DNA of 64,000 bases. Origin: Oikopleura dioica (Eukaryota > Animalia > Chordata). Positions 24,474-37,405 of the stretch are shown here, piece after piece. The stretch is from assembly GCA_907165135.1 (NCBI GenBank), contig OU015566.1, forward strand, positions 3,286,001 through 3,350,000, given 5' to 3'. Under the pieces are notes generated by a model. The model was given only the letters and a program-made list of their open reading frames with translations, was not told where the DNA came from and searched no databases. The first letter of the stretch is position 1, and every line of letters starts with the position of its first letter. Made by a program: the position numbers and the translations under genes.

Positions 24474-25186
24474 AGCCTGTTGTCTCTATTTCTCAGTAAT
24501 GGTCAAGCGGTTTTCCTTAATGAAATCGATTCAGCTTCAGTCTTGTCCGACGGCTTCTTATTTCGGTCGATACTTTTCAATCCGACACTCGTTTCTTACT
24601 GAGGATTATTCCAACATAAACTTCAAACTGAAATCAGTAAAAAAGAGGCTAACGAAGTTTTTCTTTAAAAAAGACAAATAAAAATTTGAGAAGTAAAAAA
24701 AATCTTCATAAAAAAACAGCTTTTTTCTTAAAAATTTCATTAAAAACTTACCTTGAAAAAAGTATAAAATTCTTAATTTCTTCGATTATGCTCTGAAATA
24801 ACGGCAATTTTATTTTGCCGACGAGCTGAGAAAAAATCCCGAAGTTTGCGCGATAACGCTATTTACTCTGGAAAACGTCATGCTGATGTTATTTGCATTC
24901 CATTTTTATTTCAATGCCAGGGAGGCCACTTTCTACAGCCCACGTGATTTTCGCTTCTGTTCACGAAATAATGACCTCCTCCGCGCGTTCTTTTCAGGTA
25001 AAATTGATTTTTTTGGAATTTTTAAACAATGAATTTTTTTTATTTTTTATGCTCGAATTAAACTGAGAGCGAGTTATGAAAAAATTTACAAATTTTAACA
25101 TTTTTCGACAAAAATAAGAAAAAATTTTTTTTCGTCGGAAAAATTTATTATTTATTCACTGTTTGCAGCCATCTAAAATAACTAAT

Positions 25187-27115
25187 TTAGTAGCCGTAGT
25201 AAGAATAGTCTGAATCTTCATCTTCATCCATCGTCGGAATTACTCCTCGGGGATCCATTTCCGGTGCGTATGTATTTGTGTAGATTTTCTTCAAGATCGT
25301 GTTGACAATCGTCGATGTTTTCGCATAGACTCCGGCAGATTCACCGCAACTTTTGCCTAAAACATTGAAAGGCAAAAATCCCTTTTGATTACCCTACCAG
25401 AAGATACGAGACCATACTGAACTGGGACATTTTTGGCTTTTCCTTCGTATTCGATCTCTTCCATGCAAACAATGGCTCCTCCAGAGTCTCCTTAAAAACA
25501 TTTGAAGATTCATAAGAAGAATTTCTTTTAACCTTGGCATGAATCGACTCTCATCGAATCCTCAACACCAGGGGATGATCCAGCGCAGAAATATTGTCCG
25601 TCGTTGAAGGCTGGCACGGCAATTTTAATGTCACTGAAATGGGTTTTTTAATTTGAACTATGAGAACGTCGATGATACTTTGAACATTGGGTAATATTGA
25701 CATGCGCCCCAAGAAGATTGTTCGACGTTTCTCGTGTCTCAAAAAGACTCGAAAACATTTTGTATATCCACGAGAGCTAAGGGGGTCGATATCAAGAATC
25801 GAAGGAGAATCCTTATTACCAGAATTATCAAGTCCGATCCTGAGTATCTGTGACTCCCCAGCCAGCAATATGGCACATCGTTCCAAGTTTTGGCGGTTCA
25901 CTTGCAAGGCAAATCGGCTGAAAGCACTTCTCCATTGTCGAATCATAATAAGGTGATTGTTCCGCCGCGTCGCTCAAATTGGGGACTTCGATCAAGCAGG
26001 AATCTCCAACTTTGCCACTGAAAGCTTGTTAACATTTTGTTAAGAAAAAGCGCCAACTTTTCCTGGATAGTAAAACTCTCCCCTGCTTCAACGGAAAATT
26101 CATTCGTTTCATCTTGAGCTTCTCTGTTTGCATCACAAGCAATTATTTTCGTAGGCTGACCGAGCTTTAGCCGATCCTTCATCGAATCACAGCAATGATC
26201 TGCAGTAAGAATGTAGTCTTTTTCGCCACTTGGATTTTCTCAAAAAACCGTTTTTAATCAAAAAGAAGAAAAAATGTACCAGTCAAAATTGAGCCACTGC
26301 AAAAACTCGAGCCGTCTTCAGTAAACTCGATTCGAACATTCCAAGGGACGGATTTTTGGGAAATTTCTTCGGCATCTCCGAATGTTGCATTTCCGTTCGG
26401 ATTGTTGATCATTACGATTCTGTCTTCTATTGGCTGATTGTCTTCTCGAGATTGGCAAGTAACCCCGCCGAGGACCTTCTTTGGTTTCAAGGTTCGAATG
26501 CACTAGAATTTTGAACAATCATTTCAGGGAAATTTCAACTCACTTCAAAGTCTTTGGCAGTCTCACAACCCGCTTCGCAAAGACATTGGTTCGCTGGATC
26601 GGTGTAGTGAGCATCAAGACACTCATCGTAGCATTCCAGACCCGTGAGAGCGTTGCTGCAGTCGTTATCCTCAAAGCACTGAACAGTTGTATCGGCAACA
26701 GTTTTCATGCATCGCTTCAGATCAGCGTCATTCTGAGGACTTTCGCACTCCTTCGGTTTCTTGCAAAATTTTGACTGGCAGTTTTCATCGCAGCCGCCGG
26801 GGCAGGGTCCGTCAGGGACACAAGGGCAGTTTCGTTGGCAAGATTCAAAGTCGGCCTCGCAGCTTTCCAGGCACTCGTAATAGTCTTCAGCCCCAAAAAT
26901 GCAGGATTCTCTGAAAAAAGATGAATCAGGGTATCCTTTTTCTCCACATACTTGCAGGCAATTACTCCTTTGACATCCTCACTAATGCAGTTGATCTCGC
27001 ATCTTCTTTTCGCATCATTCGAGTCACTATCCTTGCACTCATTGTCATCCCCGATCGCTGAAGTTGACTGTGTTATCGCGCTGCAAAACGCAAAAAATGT
27101 CAGGAAAAGTTTCAT
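25187..27115 (-). CDS. Secreted trypsin-family (S1) serine protease with an N-terminal Cys-rich CPC module
   Basis: Signal MKLFLTFFAFCSA; FCSGSILT, LTADHCC (His), VGDSCLI (Asp), CHIAGWG, FCAG, DSCQ|GDSGG (Ser). Confidence 0.88.
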
Positions 27116-27288
27116 GTTTTTTTTGCCTCCACTCTGAAGACCTCCTCCTGCCTTGCAGATTTTTTCTGTTTGCAAATAATTGAAAGACAAATAAATACGC
27201 TGCCATTGTTACTTACAGTCAAATTATCAAAAAAAAACCAGCGGTTGAAAAATTCTTCATTCATTTATTTTCCGGATTCTTAAAAAAA

Positions 27289-28081
27289 TTAAAAATGAAC
27301 AAAGAAATCAAACTTCTTCTTCCTTAGCTTCGGCATTTTCTTCAGCCTTATTCTCCTCCGCAACAGTCTGCGCCTCAGCCAAGTTGTTGAAAATCCATTC
27401 GCGGTCGATTTGATTCCAGAAGCAGCAAGTCTTAACCGTTCAAAATACTCGAAAAAGAAGTCGCTTCCAAACCTGTATGATGAGAGTGACGAGGGCCAAA
27501 AAGAAAAGAGCCACATTGAAAACCAGATGGACGGTCCTGACTGAAAACAAGTCGACGGTTTCGAGCGTGGCAGAGATATCAAAATTAATAATCGCGAAAT
27601 CCAGAACGATGTTGAAAATAAGAGCAAGTATGAAAATCAATTCCTGGTAAAAATGGTAAAAAGGATATTTGATGAAATTTACCGTGATATTGAACATTGC
27701 TCTTTTGACGCTCGTTTCCGGTGTGGCCTGATTGTGTGTCGTGTAAATGCTGGTTCCGAAGCCAGAAGCGATGAAGCCAATGACTACGCTGCCGAGACTG
27801 ACGGAAAGAATCGGCAAGGTGTAAAAATCGGCGGAGAGGGAGTTTTCTGCATTTGAGTGGCTAGTTTATTCCTTTACGAAAGGACCAAACAATTTTTTTG
27901 CATTAGCCACCCTGATCTGAAGAGCCCTCGATTTCATAATGATCGTTTGCTAGACGATAAACCTCGTCGAACGACAGGAACATAACAACTGAGATAAAAC
28001 TGTCATTTGATTCACAGAAACCAAAAACTTACGAACTAGGATCACCCACTGAGCGATAATGATTCCCTTGAACTGGGCCAT
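27289..28081 (-). CDS. Unidentified multi-pass membrane protein
   Basis: MAQFKGIIIAQWVILV exon with a GTAAG donor, then hydrophobic segments in ORF 27440..27817 and a basic tail. Confidence 0.45.
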
Positions 28082-28501
28082 CGTCATTTGACCTACACAT
28101 CCCCATAAATTGAGTGGAAAAAGTTTCTGAAAAGATTTAGGAATGTGCCCTGATTCTCTCGAAGTACCTTTTTGGCGCTAGTAAATCGGTCTTTCAAAAA
28201 GTCAAAAGTTTTCATTTTATCTCAATCGTTGAATATATACATCGGTATGGAAATTATTTCCGTTCAATGTTTTTGTTGCAAAAAGTTTTAGACTTCAAAA
28301 CTAGGTTAAGTTTTCAGGCATAAATATTCAACACAGCTATGCTAGAATTTTCATTGTATTTTGACAAGAAAATGCTAAGCCTTAAAAATCTTAAACCGCG
28401 TCTTTTTGGAACAACCCAAAGCCGGTTCCGTATCCGATTTCAGCTCTCAATTCGAAACGCTGAGCATATTTTTGCTCAGAAGAAGAATTCTCATTTTCGA
28501 G

Positions 28502-30495
28502 ATGCAGCTTTCTCCATTTTTTCTCACTGCTGTTTCTGCTTCTGAATTCAAGTGAATGTTCGAAATTTTTGAGTCGGGACTTTTCATTGAATAAAGATGA
28601 AATCTTTCAAGTTTTTCGTTTTTTCGAACAGAGAAAAGGGATTCGGCTTTCCATTCGACCGGCCGTCGAAGGACTCTCTAGAACGCATGGATACCAGGAT
28701 CATCGGCGGAGAGGTCTCAGATCTCGGTAACTGGCCCTGGCAAGCCGCGATGCTTTACGCTAAATATGGAAGTCACATTATTTGTGCCGGAACAATCGTG
28801 ACGAAAAAAGTGGTCATCGGCGCGGCACATTGCGTCGGAAATTTTGAAACGAATCTTTTGACTTTTTCTGCTGGCCATACCGAAGGTTTCAATGCAAAGA
28901 AAAGGGCTCAAGAATCAAATAACAACAAAATCAAAAACAATCGCGAGCCCCACTGAACAGAAATCAAAAAGAATCATACCAATCCAGTCCTGTCAAACGA
29001 GCCGTTCCTCATCCAGATTTCAATAACTTCTTTCACAATGATATCGCTCTTTTCGAGCTAGAAAAACCATTCACCTGGACGGAATTTGTAAAACCCGCGT
29101 GCTTGCCTTACTCGGATTTCGTTCCTTCCGATTCTGGCCGATGCGTCGTTAGTGGCTTCGGCAAAGGGTCGAATGATAGGCTTACTCATGTGGTTCTCCC
29201 GCTTTGGGAGAAAGCATCTTGCAAGTCGATTCTTGAGTCGCAGGGCGGCGCGACCTGGACTGGACTGCCACTTGATGAATCGCAATTTTGCGCGGGCTAC
29301 CAACCAGGCGGACTCGACGCCTGCCAGGGAGATTCTGGAGGGCCCTTCGTCTGCAAGACGAACCAAGGATGGGTTGCAACAGGCGCAGTTAGCTACGGAT
29401 ACGGCTGTGCGGAGAAGAACATGCCCGCTGTGTACGCCAACATTCCGCTTTATCGAGATTGGATGCTCGCTTTCATTGGGGAGTCGAATGATGAGATTCC
29501 GGATGGTTGTGGGGAGCCAGTAAACAAGGCGAGTTTTGGAGACTCAATTTTGGCACCGACTTTGCTCGATGTCGAAAATGGGAATTTGTGGGAAGGAGAA
29601 GAGCATCGATTTGTTCAAGGTATGCAATTGCCAAATATTTATTTATTTTATATAAAAAACAGAACAAAACAAATTTTAAAAGGGGGGAAGATCCTCTCTT
29701 TTTCGACGAACTGTAAATTTTCCGAGCATAAAATAAAAATCAATTCGCTAAAATCAAACAGGATCAGGTGCTCATCCATGGATCTAATAAATGCCAAGAG
29801 AAAATGTCTCGCAAATCTAATAACTTTAATTCGTCTTGACTCTTCTTTTTTCGTTCGCGTGCGCGTCTATCTTTTTTTCGCAAGTTCTCATTTTTTGGCG
29901 AGCTGGCATTACCGAGTTTTTGGATATGGAAATCAAAGAGGAAAATGATTTTACAGAGAATGCTTTCGTCAATTTTCTAAATGATAAATAAGGGTCAAAT
30001 AAACTTTAAATCTAATATAAATTATTATATTATATAATCTTATTTTTATGTGTCCATAAAAATCAAAGAACCTTGAAAAATCCTAAATTGAAAAAAAACC
30101 ATAAAGTTGCCAAAAACCGAGCTTTTCAGTCATTTTTGGTGCGCTGATCTATTGAAAATAGAAAAAAATATCGCAGAAATTTTATCTGAGCAAACCGATT
30201 TCTAGAATATAAAAATTGACCCAAAGAAGCCCTCTTTTGACAGTTCTCGCCGCCTTTTTGCTCGCTCTTCTTATATTCTTCCTAATCGCCTGGAAATGTT
30301 GCCGAATCGACATGGCTGAAGGTCCTCGAGATACAGTCACTCAAGTAAGTCTTCTTCAATCCGATTAACTAACATCAGAAAAAAAGTCTACGACCGCGGC
30401 AGGAAGGCTTTCATCGATTGGAACGGAGAAGAAACAGTCAAGAAGCTCAAATTACTCAATGAAAGTGTAATAATCAAAATAAAAATGAAATGAAA
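28502..30495 (+). CDS. Trypsin-family serine protease with a C-terminal extension (possible CUB-like part and transmembrane anchor)
   Basis: RIIGG activation site, WPWQAAM, AAHC, NDIAL, DACQGDSGGP. The 3' structure beyond about 29620 is uncertain. A TM-coding exon at 30242-30345 may belong to this gene. Confidence 0.85.
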
Positions 30496-30679
30496 AAATG
30501 CTGACGTCATGAATTTTTATTTTTTGAGTTGCTAACTCCTCGCTCCCGATTTGGTTGGCAATACGGTTAAAGTAAGTGCGCGAGCTTTGCGCCCCTAAGT
30601 GGCGAAAGTTGCGGCCTACAGTAAGTTTACTCGTCAAAGTTCGATTATCATTCGAGCTTCAACTTTCCATTTTTCTTAC

Positions 30680-32139
30680 ATGTTGAAATTTAACAGACCA
30701 TCAAGTGCACCGAGCTCGAGGAAGCAGCAGACGAGGTCGAAGAGTAATGAGAGAAATAGAAAAGCACTCAGAACAGGTATTTTTTTTTCATTTTTTTTGC
30801 AATTTCGAGTCAAAAATCTAGAATTGGAAAAATTGTCAGTCGATCATTTCAACGCGCTTTCACTTTCAAAGCCAAAGAAAAACGTCACCTGCCGTCCAGT
30901 TTCGGCAAAAGGACGAATCTCCTTCCGGCCCGAAGTGGTCACCTCCGACGATGGCTTCGAAGAAGAACTGAGCTGGCCCGAGCTGCCAGACCTCTGCGGC
31001 CTGTGCAACAAACTCGTCATGGCGGCGACGAAATGCACCGTGCTCAACGAGAGCTTTCACAAGAGCTGCTTGAACTGTGCCGACTGTGGCGAAAGTTTAT
31101 TGAGGTTTGCTTTTTAATTTCGAACACGGCGGGAGGCGGTTTGTTTAGGGACAGTAGGGGGGCTATCGATTCAGTTTGATTTTCGGAAATAAAATTTTGA
31201 AATAAAAAAATAGGGATTCCACTTTAAAAATATCCGAAAAAGATGAATTTTTAATTTTTATCAGAAAATTTCATTTTAGAGATTTTTTATTAAAAAATTA
31301 TTTTTTTGACTAAAAAATAATAATTCAGAAATGATTTCAAACGAGGAGAAGACAAACAGTTCTACTGCCAGCAATGTCATCTTTCCCGATTTGCCAAAAA
31401 ATGCACAAAATGCGAAAAGGTACGATTTTTTCTTTACCCATTTATACCCAAAACCTTCAGCCACTGATAGGAATGGCCTTGAATGTCAACTCGGAACTGT
31501 ATCATCCAAACTGCTTCAAATGCGATTCCTGCGACACTTTCCTTTACCACCAGAAGTACAGACATCAAGGAGGAATATTTTACTGCATTGGCTGCTATGA
31601 AGAGTAAGTGATGTAAAAGAGAAAGATTGACAAATAGGGATTTAGGGGCTTTTCGAAATTGATTAATTACTTGCGAAAAAAGGGTACCCTGCTTTTAGGA
31701 AGTGGAAATGGGCGGCAGTAAATGGCATCTGTTTCCAGGTGACCTTGTCAGCTTCGCACAATGCGCGCTTTTTTATGGGTCTTTTTTTTTACGGCCAATC
31801 AATGCCCTAACGAATATTTCCTTATAAGGAGTTTTTCAGGGATTTTTAAAAATTGAATTCTCTTTTAAGAAATGTTCTGTCAACCTGCTGGTACTGTTCC
31901 GACAAAATAAGAGCAAATTCTTACGATGGACTCATTGAAGAAGTGATTCTAGGGAATCGCCATTTTCACCGCAGATGCTTCTCGTGCCATGTAAATTCAA
32001 TTTGTTTGAGCAAAATCTAATGCAGTTTCAGGAATGTGGGAACAACTTATCGGACCCGAGCGCGGGCGGATGCTTCGAACTTCAACAATTCATTTTCTGT
32101 AAATCTTGCTTTCTCAAAACTGATGATATTCCATGTTAA
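30680..32139 (+). CDS. LIM-domain protein (about 3 LIM domains)
   Basis: CGLCNK..FHKSCLNCADC; CTKCE..YHPNCFKCDSC..YCIGC; CWYC..FHRRCFSCHEC..FCKSC*. Confidence 0.85.
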
Positions 32140-32293
32140 TACATTAACTGTTTGTTCCGTCTCCTGCGAAATAAGCAAAGCGAAAAAGATCCCTGAGAAA
32201 GAGAGAATGCCAATTTTTTATTATTTTTTTTTATTGTAACTAATTTTTTGTGAGATGTCAAGAAAAAAAATAGCAGACAGAAGAAATAAAGAG

Positions 32294-32827
32294 CTAATTT
32301 TCAGTAGCAAGGTCAGGAACTTCCAAATGAACGTCAATGGCTACTGGAGACGCGCCGGAGAATAAGATTTTTTCGCTAATCTTAGTGAAGAAAGCGTCAA
32401 TGATTTGCGCTGAAGTTTGCTCGGGGTAGAAAATCATTCGAACAAGCTGGAAACCGATGTACAAGACGACCAAGACGATGTTTAAGACACCGAGGACCAG
32501 GAGGAGATAATTACGTATCTTCTCCCCTTTTGTTTTCGCGTCGAGGAGTGGCACGACGGCTTGGGTCAATTGGACAAGCTGTCCGACAACAATATCCTTC
32601 CATGACCAATCCTGAATCTGACGGTTCTGCTGCGGAGGCTGCTGAGGCTGGAGTTGCTGGGTCTCCTGATTGCTAGTATCGTCGTCCCCTTGAAGTAGAG
32701 GTTCTTCGTCTCTGGATGAAGGATGACCTTGACCTTGTTCAACATCATCCTCGTGAGCTCGTTGTTGTTCATTACGACCACAAATCAATTCTGGAAAACC
32801 ACCGGCAGCGGGAGGTCCTATATTCAT
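32294..32827 (-). CDS. Intronless orphan single-pass membrane protein (177 aa)
   Basis: Complete ORF with a Q/P-rich N-terminus and the hydrophobic segment YLLLVLGVLNIVLVVLYIGFQLV. Confidence 0.55.
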   Translation of the reverse strand: MNIGPPAAGGFPELICGRNEQQRAHEDDVEQGQGHPSSRDEEPLLQGDDDTSNQETQQLQPQQPPQQNRQIQDWSWKDIVVGQLVQLTQAVVPLLDAKTKGEKIRNYLLLVLGVLNIVLVVLYIGFQLVRMIFYPEQTSAQIIDAFFTKISEKILFSGASPVAIDVHLEVPDLATEN

Positions 32828-33367
32828 TATAGGAGGTCCGACATTCTTTGATTGACTTTCGGAACCAACGTTTCGATGCTAAATAAAAAATTTATGCCAT
32901 GAATATAACAGTTTTAATTAAAAATCTCTATAAATGTAATAAAATTCAAAATTATTGACATACTCTAAGTTCATTCTTTTTCTCTGAATCGGTCATTCTC
33001 TAATGAAATTTTTCTCTGAATTTTTCGAACTTCGATTTTTGTTCGGCGATTGCTGTCGGCGTCTTGGTTTTAAAGGCAGAGAAAGGAAAATGATTAATTT
33101 TTACGATGCGAGTTGAAAGCGCGCAATCATTGTGGAGAATGTGTAACGATGATTTTGACTTTCCCTTTCAGAAATTGTATTAAAGAACCTTCTGGAAGCG
33201 TCTTGAAGGGAAAACCAGAAAATTTGTATATTTTGAAAGGGCTAAAGACAGTATTAGGCCCTTTGCTACTAATTCTAAACAAACATTACTTTCGTTGAAA
33301 CAATATTTATTGATGGAAATTCCGAAGAAGCATTGACAAAAAATTTTGAGTCATCAGTACTACTGAT

Positions 33368-36300
33368 TCAGTAGTCGGCTCGCTCAAATTCAATCGGGCA
33401 CGCGCCAGGACCATCAGCAGGCTCCGCATGAATTCCGCGAAGGTTCATTCTGCATTTCATTTGATGAATTCGTTGTTTTGCGTCTTCCACATCTTCAAAA
33501 AAGGCTCAAGTATAAAAAAGCAAATATCGAAGAATACCAGTGACATCTCTTGCTGACCAGAGTCGCTCGGCAACGGCAGAAGCTCGTGGAAAAAGTCGTG
33601 AAACATAATTCGATGCATCGACAAACTCCGACCAGAGGCAGGTTTCTCCTCCAATGACCAAGTCTTCCTCTTCTTTTGTTCCATTGAAAGCAAGTGGCTC
33701 GTACTAAAAACTGGTTGAAGCAGGGGTCTAAATTCGCAGTTAAGAAGGAGAAAAGGCCACAAACATTGTAGTAGTAAACCCAATCTCTTCCGTAGCTGAT
33801 GAGGTCCAAATACCACGGCGCGCTAATAAGCGCTCTATTTAACATTATCAATTTGTTACAAAATGAAGATAACCGCGCGATTTGATAACGATTTCCTATA
33901 GCCGGCTTTTGTTACGTCGCGAGTTGTGTTTAATGGATGGTACGGAAGCCAGACTTCTACAACAGTACTTTAGAAGGTTTCATCAATCTGGAATCGTTTT
34001 TCCTCAGAATAAGCACGGTGGCCTAGTTTTTTTGACCGTCATTTGTCAGAGTTGTGCATGCATTTGGTTGACAAATCTGTCAAAAATACGCGAAAGCACG
34101 ATTTTTTTGCAGTTTTTTTTTTGCAATTTTCTTCATAATAAGGCAAGTAGGTCACAAAAATCATTTTTCGAATCGGATAAAATTTTCTAGTGCAAATTTT
34201 TTTCAGATTTTTTTTTTGAAAAACCGGCCTTGGATCAATTTCAACCCCGTTGTCGAAAACTTCCTCCCAGACGATGTAGTTGAATCCGACTTCTTTCGTG
34301 ATGTTCAGCACATTTTTGACCCAATATTCTTCCAACTTCGCGTAGTCGCCGGAAATGCCATGTTGGTACATCCAATCGCTGATGTTTTTATTCGATTTCC
34401 AGCAAGCAAATGACACTTCATCGCCTCCCAGATGGACATAATCGTCGTGAAAGACGTTTCTAAAGTCTTGGAGAACAGTTCGCATGAAATCGTAGTTCGA
34501 CTCGTTTGTTGGATCTGCTGGGCCAAGCAAGCCTGTCGGTTTTCCATCGGCATCGTAGCAGACCGTAGCAAGACCGGGGTGTCCCTTGGCCGCCGCGCCA
34601 ATGTGCCCGGGCGTGTCAAACTCTGGAATGACTCGGATGCCCCGGACTCGCGCGTATTCAATAATCTCCTTGATTGTCTCCAGCGCGTAAACGTGGCTCC
34701 GCGATGGCGCAAAATAGGCACCTTTCAAGGCTGAGTACCGACTCTTGAATTCTTCCCTCTACTTTTATACTAAGCACTTGTTCATAATAAATATAAGAAA
34801 GAAAGATCATTTTGGGGCAAAATCCGGTACCAAAAGAGAGAGAAAGCAGGATGTTTCTTAAGGGGGTAGACATCACAAAAACCGCTTTAAGACCGTTATT
34901 TTATTAAGTTTTTTTAGATCCAAAAAAAATTTAAATTAAAAAAATTTAAAATATAAAAAATTTAGTTTTCAATTTTTAAAAATATTGAAAATTTAAAACC
35001 AATAAGAAATTTAAAAATTGAAGAAAAATCTAGAATAAAAAAAATTTTTTGATTTTAAAATTAATGTTCTTTGTATTGTTAATTCAAGATCGTATTCTGA
35101 ATACGGTATTCAAGCCGTTCCTTTACCAGCAAGATCCGGCAGCGGCTTGCAATCGTATGAAAAACTCTGATCATCGACGAGATGCCAGTGGAAAACGTTG
35201 AACTTGTTCATCTCCAATCCATCCAGAACTTCTTTGATGACACTTACGGGTTGGAAGTGGCGAGCTGTGTCCATCAAAAATCCTCGATGATTGAATCGGG
35301 GAAAGTCTTGAACAGCCATTCCGTTGATTTCGTATTTTTCTACTGCGCCGTTTTTCGTCATGATTGGGGTCGTGGCTTGGTAAAGGGTTTGAAGACCTCG
35401 GAGGATTCCCCAAACCGTGTCGCTGTAAATCGTCGCTCCTTCGCCGTCGAGATGGAGATCGTAATGCTCCTGGATCGAAGACATCGGCCATTTTTCGCAG
35501 GTTCCGGGCATGATCAATGTGACTGTATTGACAGTTGGATGGCTGTTTGAGTTGAGACTTCGGCGTTTTCGAACCGGATCGGATTCCTCGTGGGGTTGAA
35601 TTCGAGCGGCAAGATCGTTAAAGTACTGAGTGTATCGCCAAGTTGCATTGTGGAGGACATCGCAATCCGGGCCATCATGAGTTATCTTAGAAAAAATAAG
35701 GGGTGGTGTCAGGAATCGACAAAAAACTCGCCAAATTTTGCGCACGCGACTACTTGACTATTGATTGGCCGGTTTGCCGACCCATGGCTTCTGATTGGTT
35801 GAAAATTACTACGCAAAATTTGTCGGTTCCTGCCACCTCCCCAAAAATTAAGGGAGTTTACCTCTTAAGGAAAGAATTATTAGTAGTAGGTGATAAATCA
35901 TTAGGCTTACCGGACTAAATTTTGACTCATTTTTCTAGCTTGATTCAGCGGGCATGTGACACAAATAAAGAAAGCCTAGAACCAGGGCTTTCATTTGAGC
36001 ACCATATCGAGGGGTCTGGGTCATACCCGCAAGGCAATTTATGGGACCTGAAGTTCAAAAATGGGCACTAGAATTGTTTAGAAGAATTTTTCGATGCCGG
36101 GCCGGCCTTCTCGGAAGTCGAGAGTCAGCTATTTAGAAAGCTCAGGCTCTGAGCTTTCAGTAGAGCCCAAGAAATCTTAGTGCATGGCGGTTTGTGGCCT
36201 TCAGCGAGCGCTTGACGTCTTGTTTTTGCGGTGAAATTTCACTGAAATTGATGACTTTCTCCCAAAAAATGGCCAAAATAGGAAGTAAATTGACAATTAA

Positions 36301-36780
36301 ACTGATCGCTGATGGCCAAAAATTGGCATGCACTAAGATTTCTTGGGCTCTTCTGAAAGCTCAGAGCCTGAGCTTTCTAAATAACTGACTCACGACTTAC
36401 GAGGAGGCCGGCCCGGCATCGAAAAAATCTTCTAAACAATTCTAGTGTCCATTTTGGAACTTCCGGTCCCATAAATTGCCTTGCGGGTATGACCCAGACC
36501 GCTCGATATGGTGCTCAAATGAAAGCCCTGGTTCTAGGCTTTCTTTATTTGTGTCACATGACCACTGAATCAAGCTAGAAAAATGAGTCGAAATTCAGTC
36601 CGGTAAGCCTATAAATCATAGTACCTGTGGAATAAATTTGATACTCGCAGTATCAATCGTATAGACATCACTTCTCGTATCCAAAAACTGTGGCTTCGGC
36701 CAAATCGTTCCCGTGTAAGTCGGACTTATCGCTGGATCACGTGCCAGCGCCACACCGTATAAAAAGCTAAAAAGTCTCAT
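33368..36780 (-). CDS. HEXB: Beta-hexosaminidase (GH20), HEXA/HEXB-like
   Basis: [62 protein letters not shown] (catalytic DE), SAPWYLD. The A vs B paralogue cannot be resolved. Confidence 0.92.
35700..35842. mobile_element. About 150-bp intronic MITE, family GGG-TGGTGTC (copy in HEX intron)
   Basis: Inverted ends GGGGTGGTGTCAGGAATCGACAAA and TTTGTCGGTTCCTGCCACCTCCCC, core GGCTTCTGATTGGTTGAAAATT. Homologous to 50792-50950 and 52320-52476. Confidence 0.7.
35902..36611. mobile_element. Fold-back hAT-like MITE, family TAGGCTTACCGG, copy 2 (710 bp)
   Basis: Same TIR as 19169-20115. 8-bp TSD TAAATCAT (35894-35901, 36612-36619). Inside HEX intron 1. Confidence 0.92.
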
Positions 36781-37380
36781 CGCAAGATTTTGATCTTGTG
36801 ATGCGTTTTTTCAACGAGTGGGAGGGTTTTTAAGGAGAGTGCCGTATTTGCCAATTGCAGCAATAAATTTCCGATTTTTCATTTTTTCATTTTCGTTTGT
36901 AAATTTGCGACAGGATCATAAATCGCTCTTGAGGGCGGGAGCGAACCACTTACATGCAAAAAAAAACGCATTGGGAAATTCTAAGAGCGGTTTTTGAACC
37001 TCTTGTATCTAAATAAGCTCTTGTGGTTTGTAATTTTTTTGCTGGAAATGGTCAAAAATGAACGTGGTTCTTTTTGTTTTCGACCATGTTTAATTAGCGA
37101 TTACGGGAAATGCTTGATAGAGCGGCTCTTGAAACGTTCCTTCTCCTATATGAAGTTTATTGTGACATAAAGGGTTTGTTTTTGATTCAAGCTGACGGCC
37201 ACGCAATTTTAAAATGTGCTCCGTTATTGTCTTTCTAAACAGATTTGGAAAAAAACGGAGCGTATCCTGAGTTTTTGGATAAACTTTGCTCAAGCAACAA
37301 ATGATGGTATTTTTCCTGCGTCAAATAAACATAGCGTAATATGAAGAAACATTTAGATATAAATTTACGTCAAAACCTAA

Positions 37381-37405
37381 AAGGGTTAGGGTTAGAGATA
37401 GGGTT
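37381..37405. repeat. Degenerate telomere-like (TTAGGG) motif
   Basis: AAGGGTTAGGGTTAGAGATAGGGTT. Confidence 0.4.
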
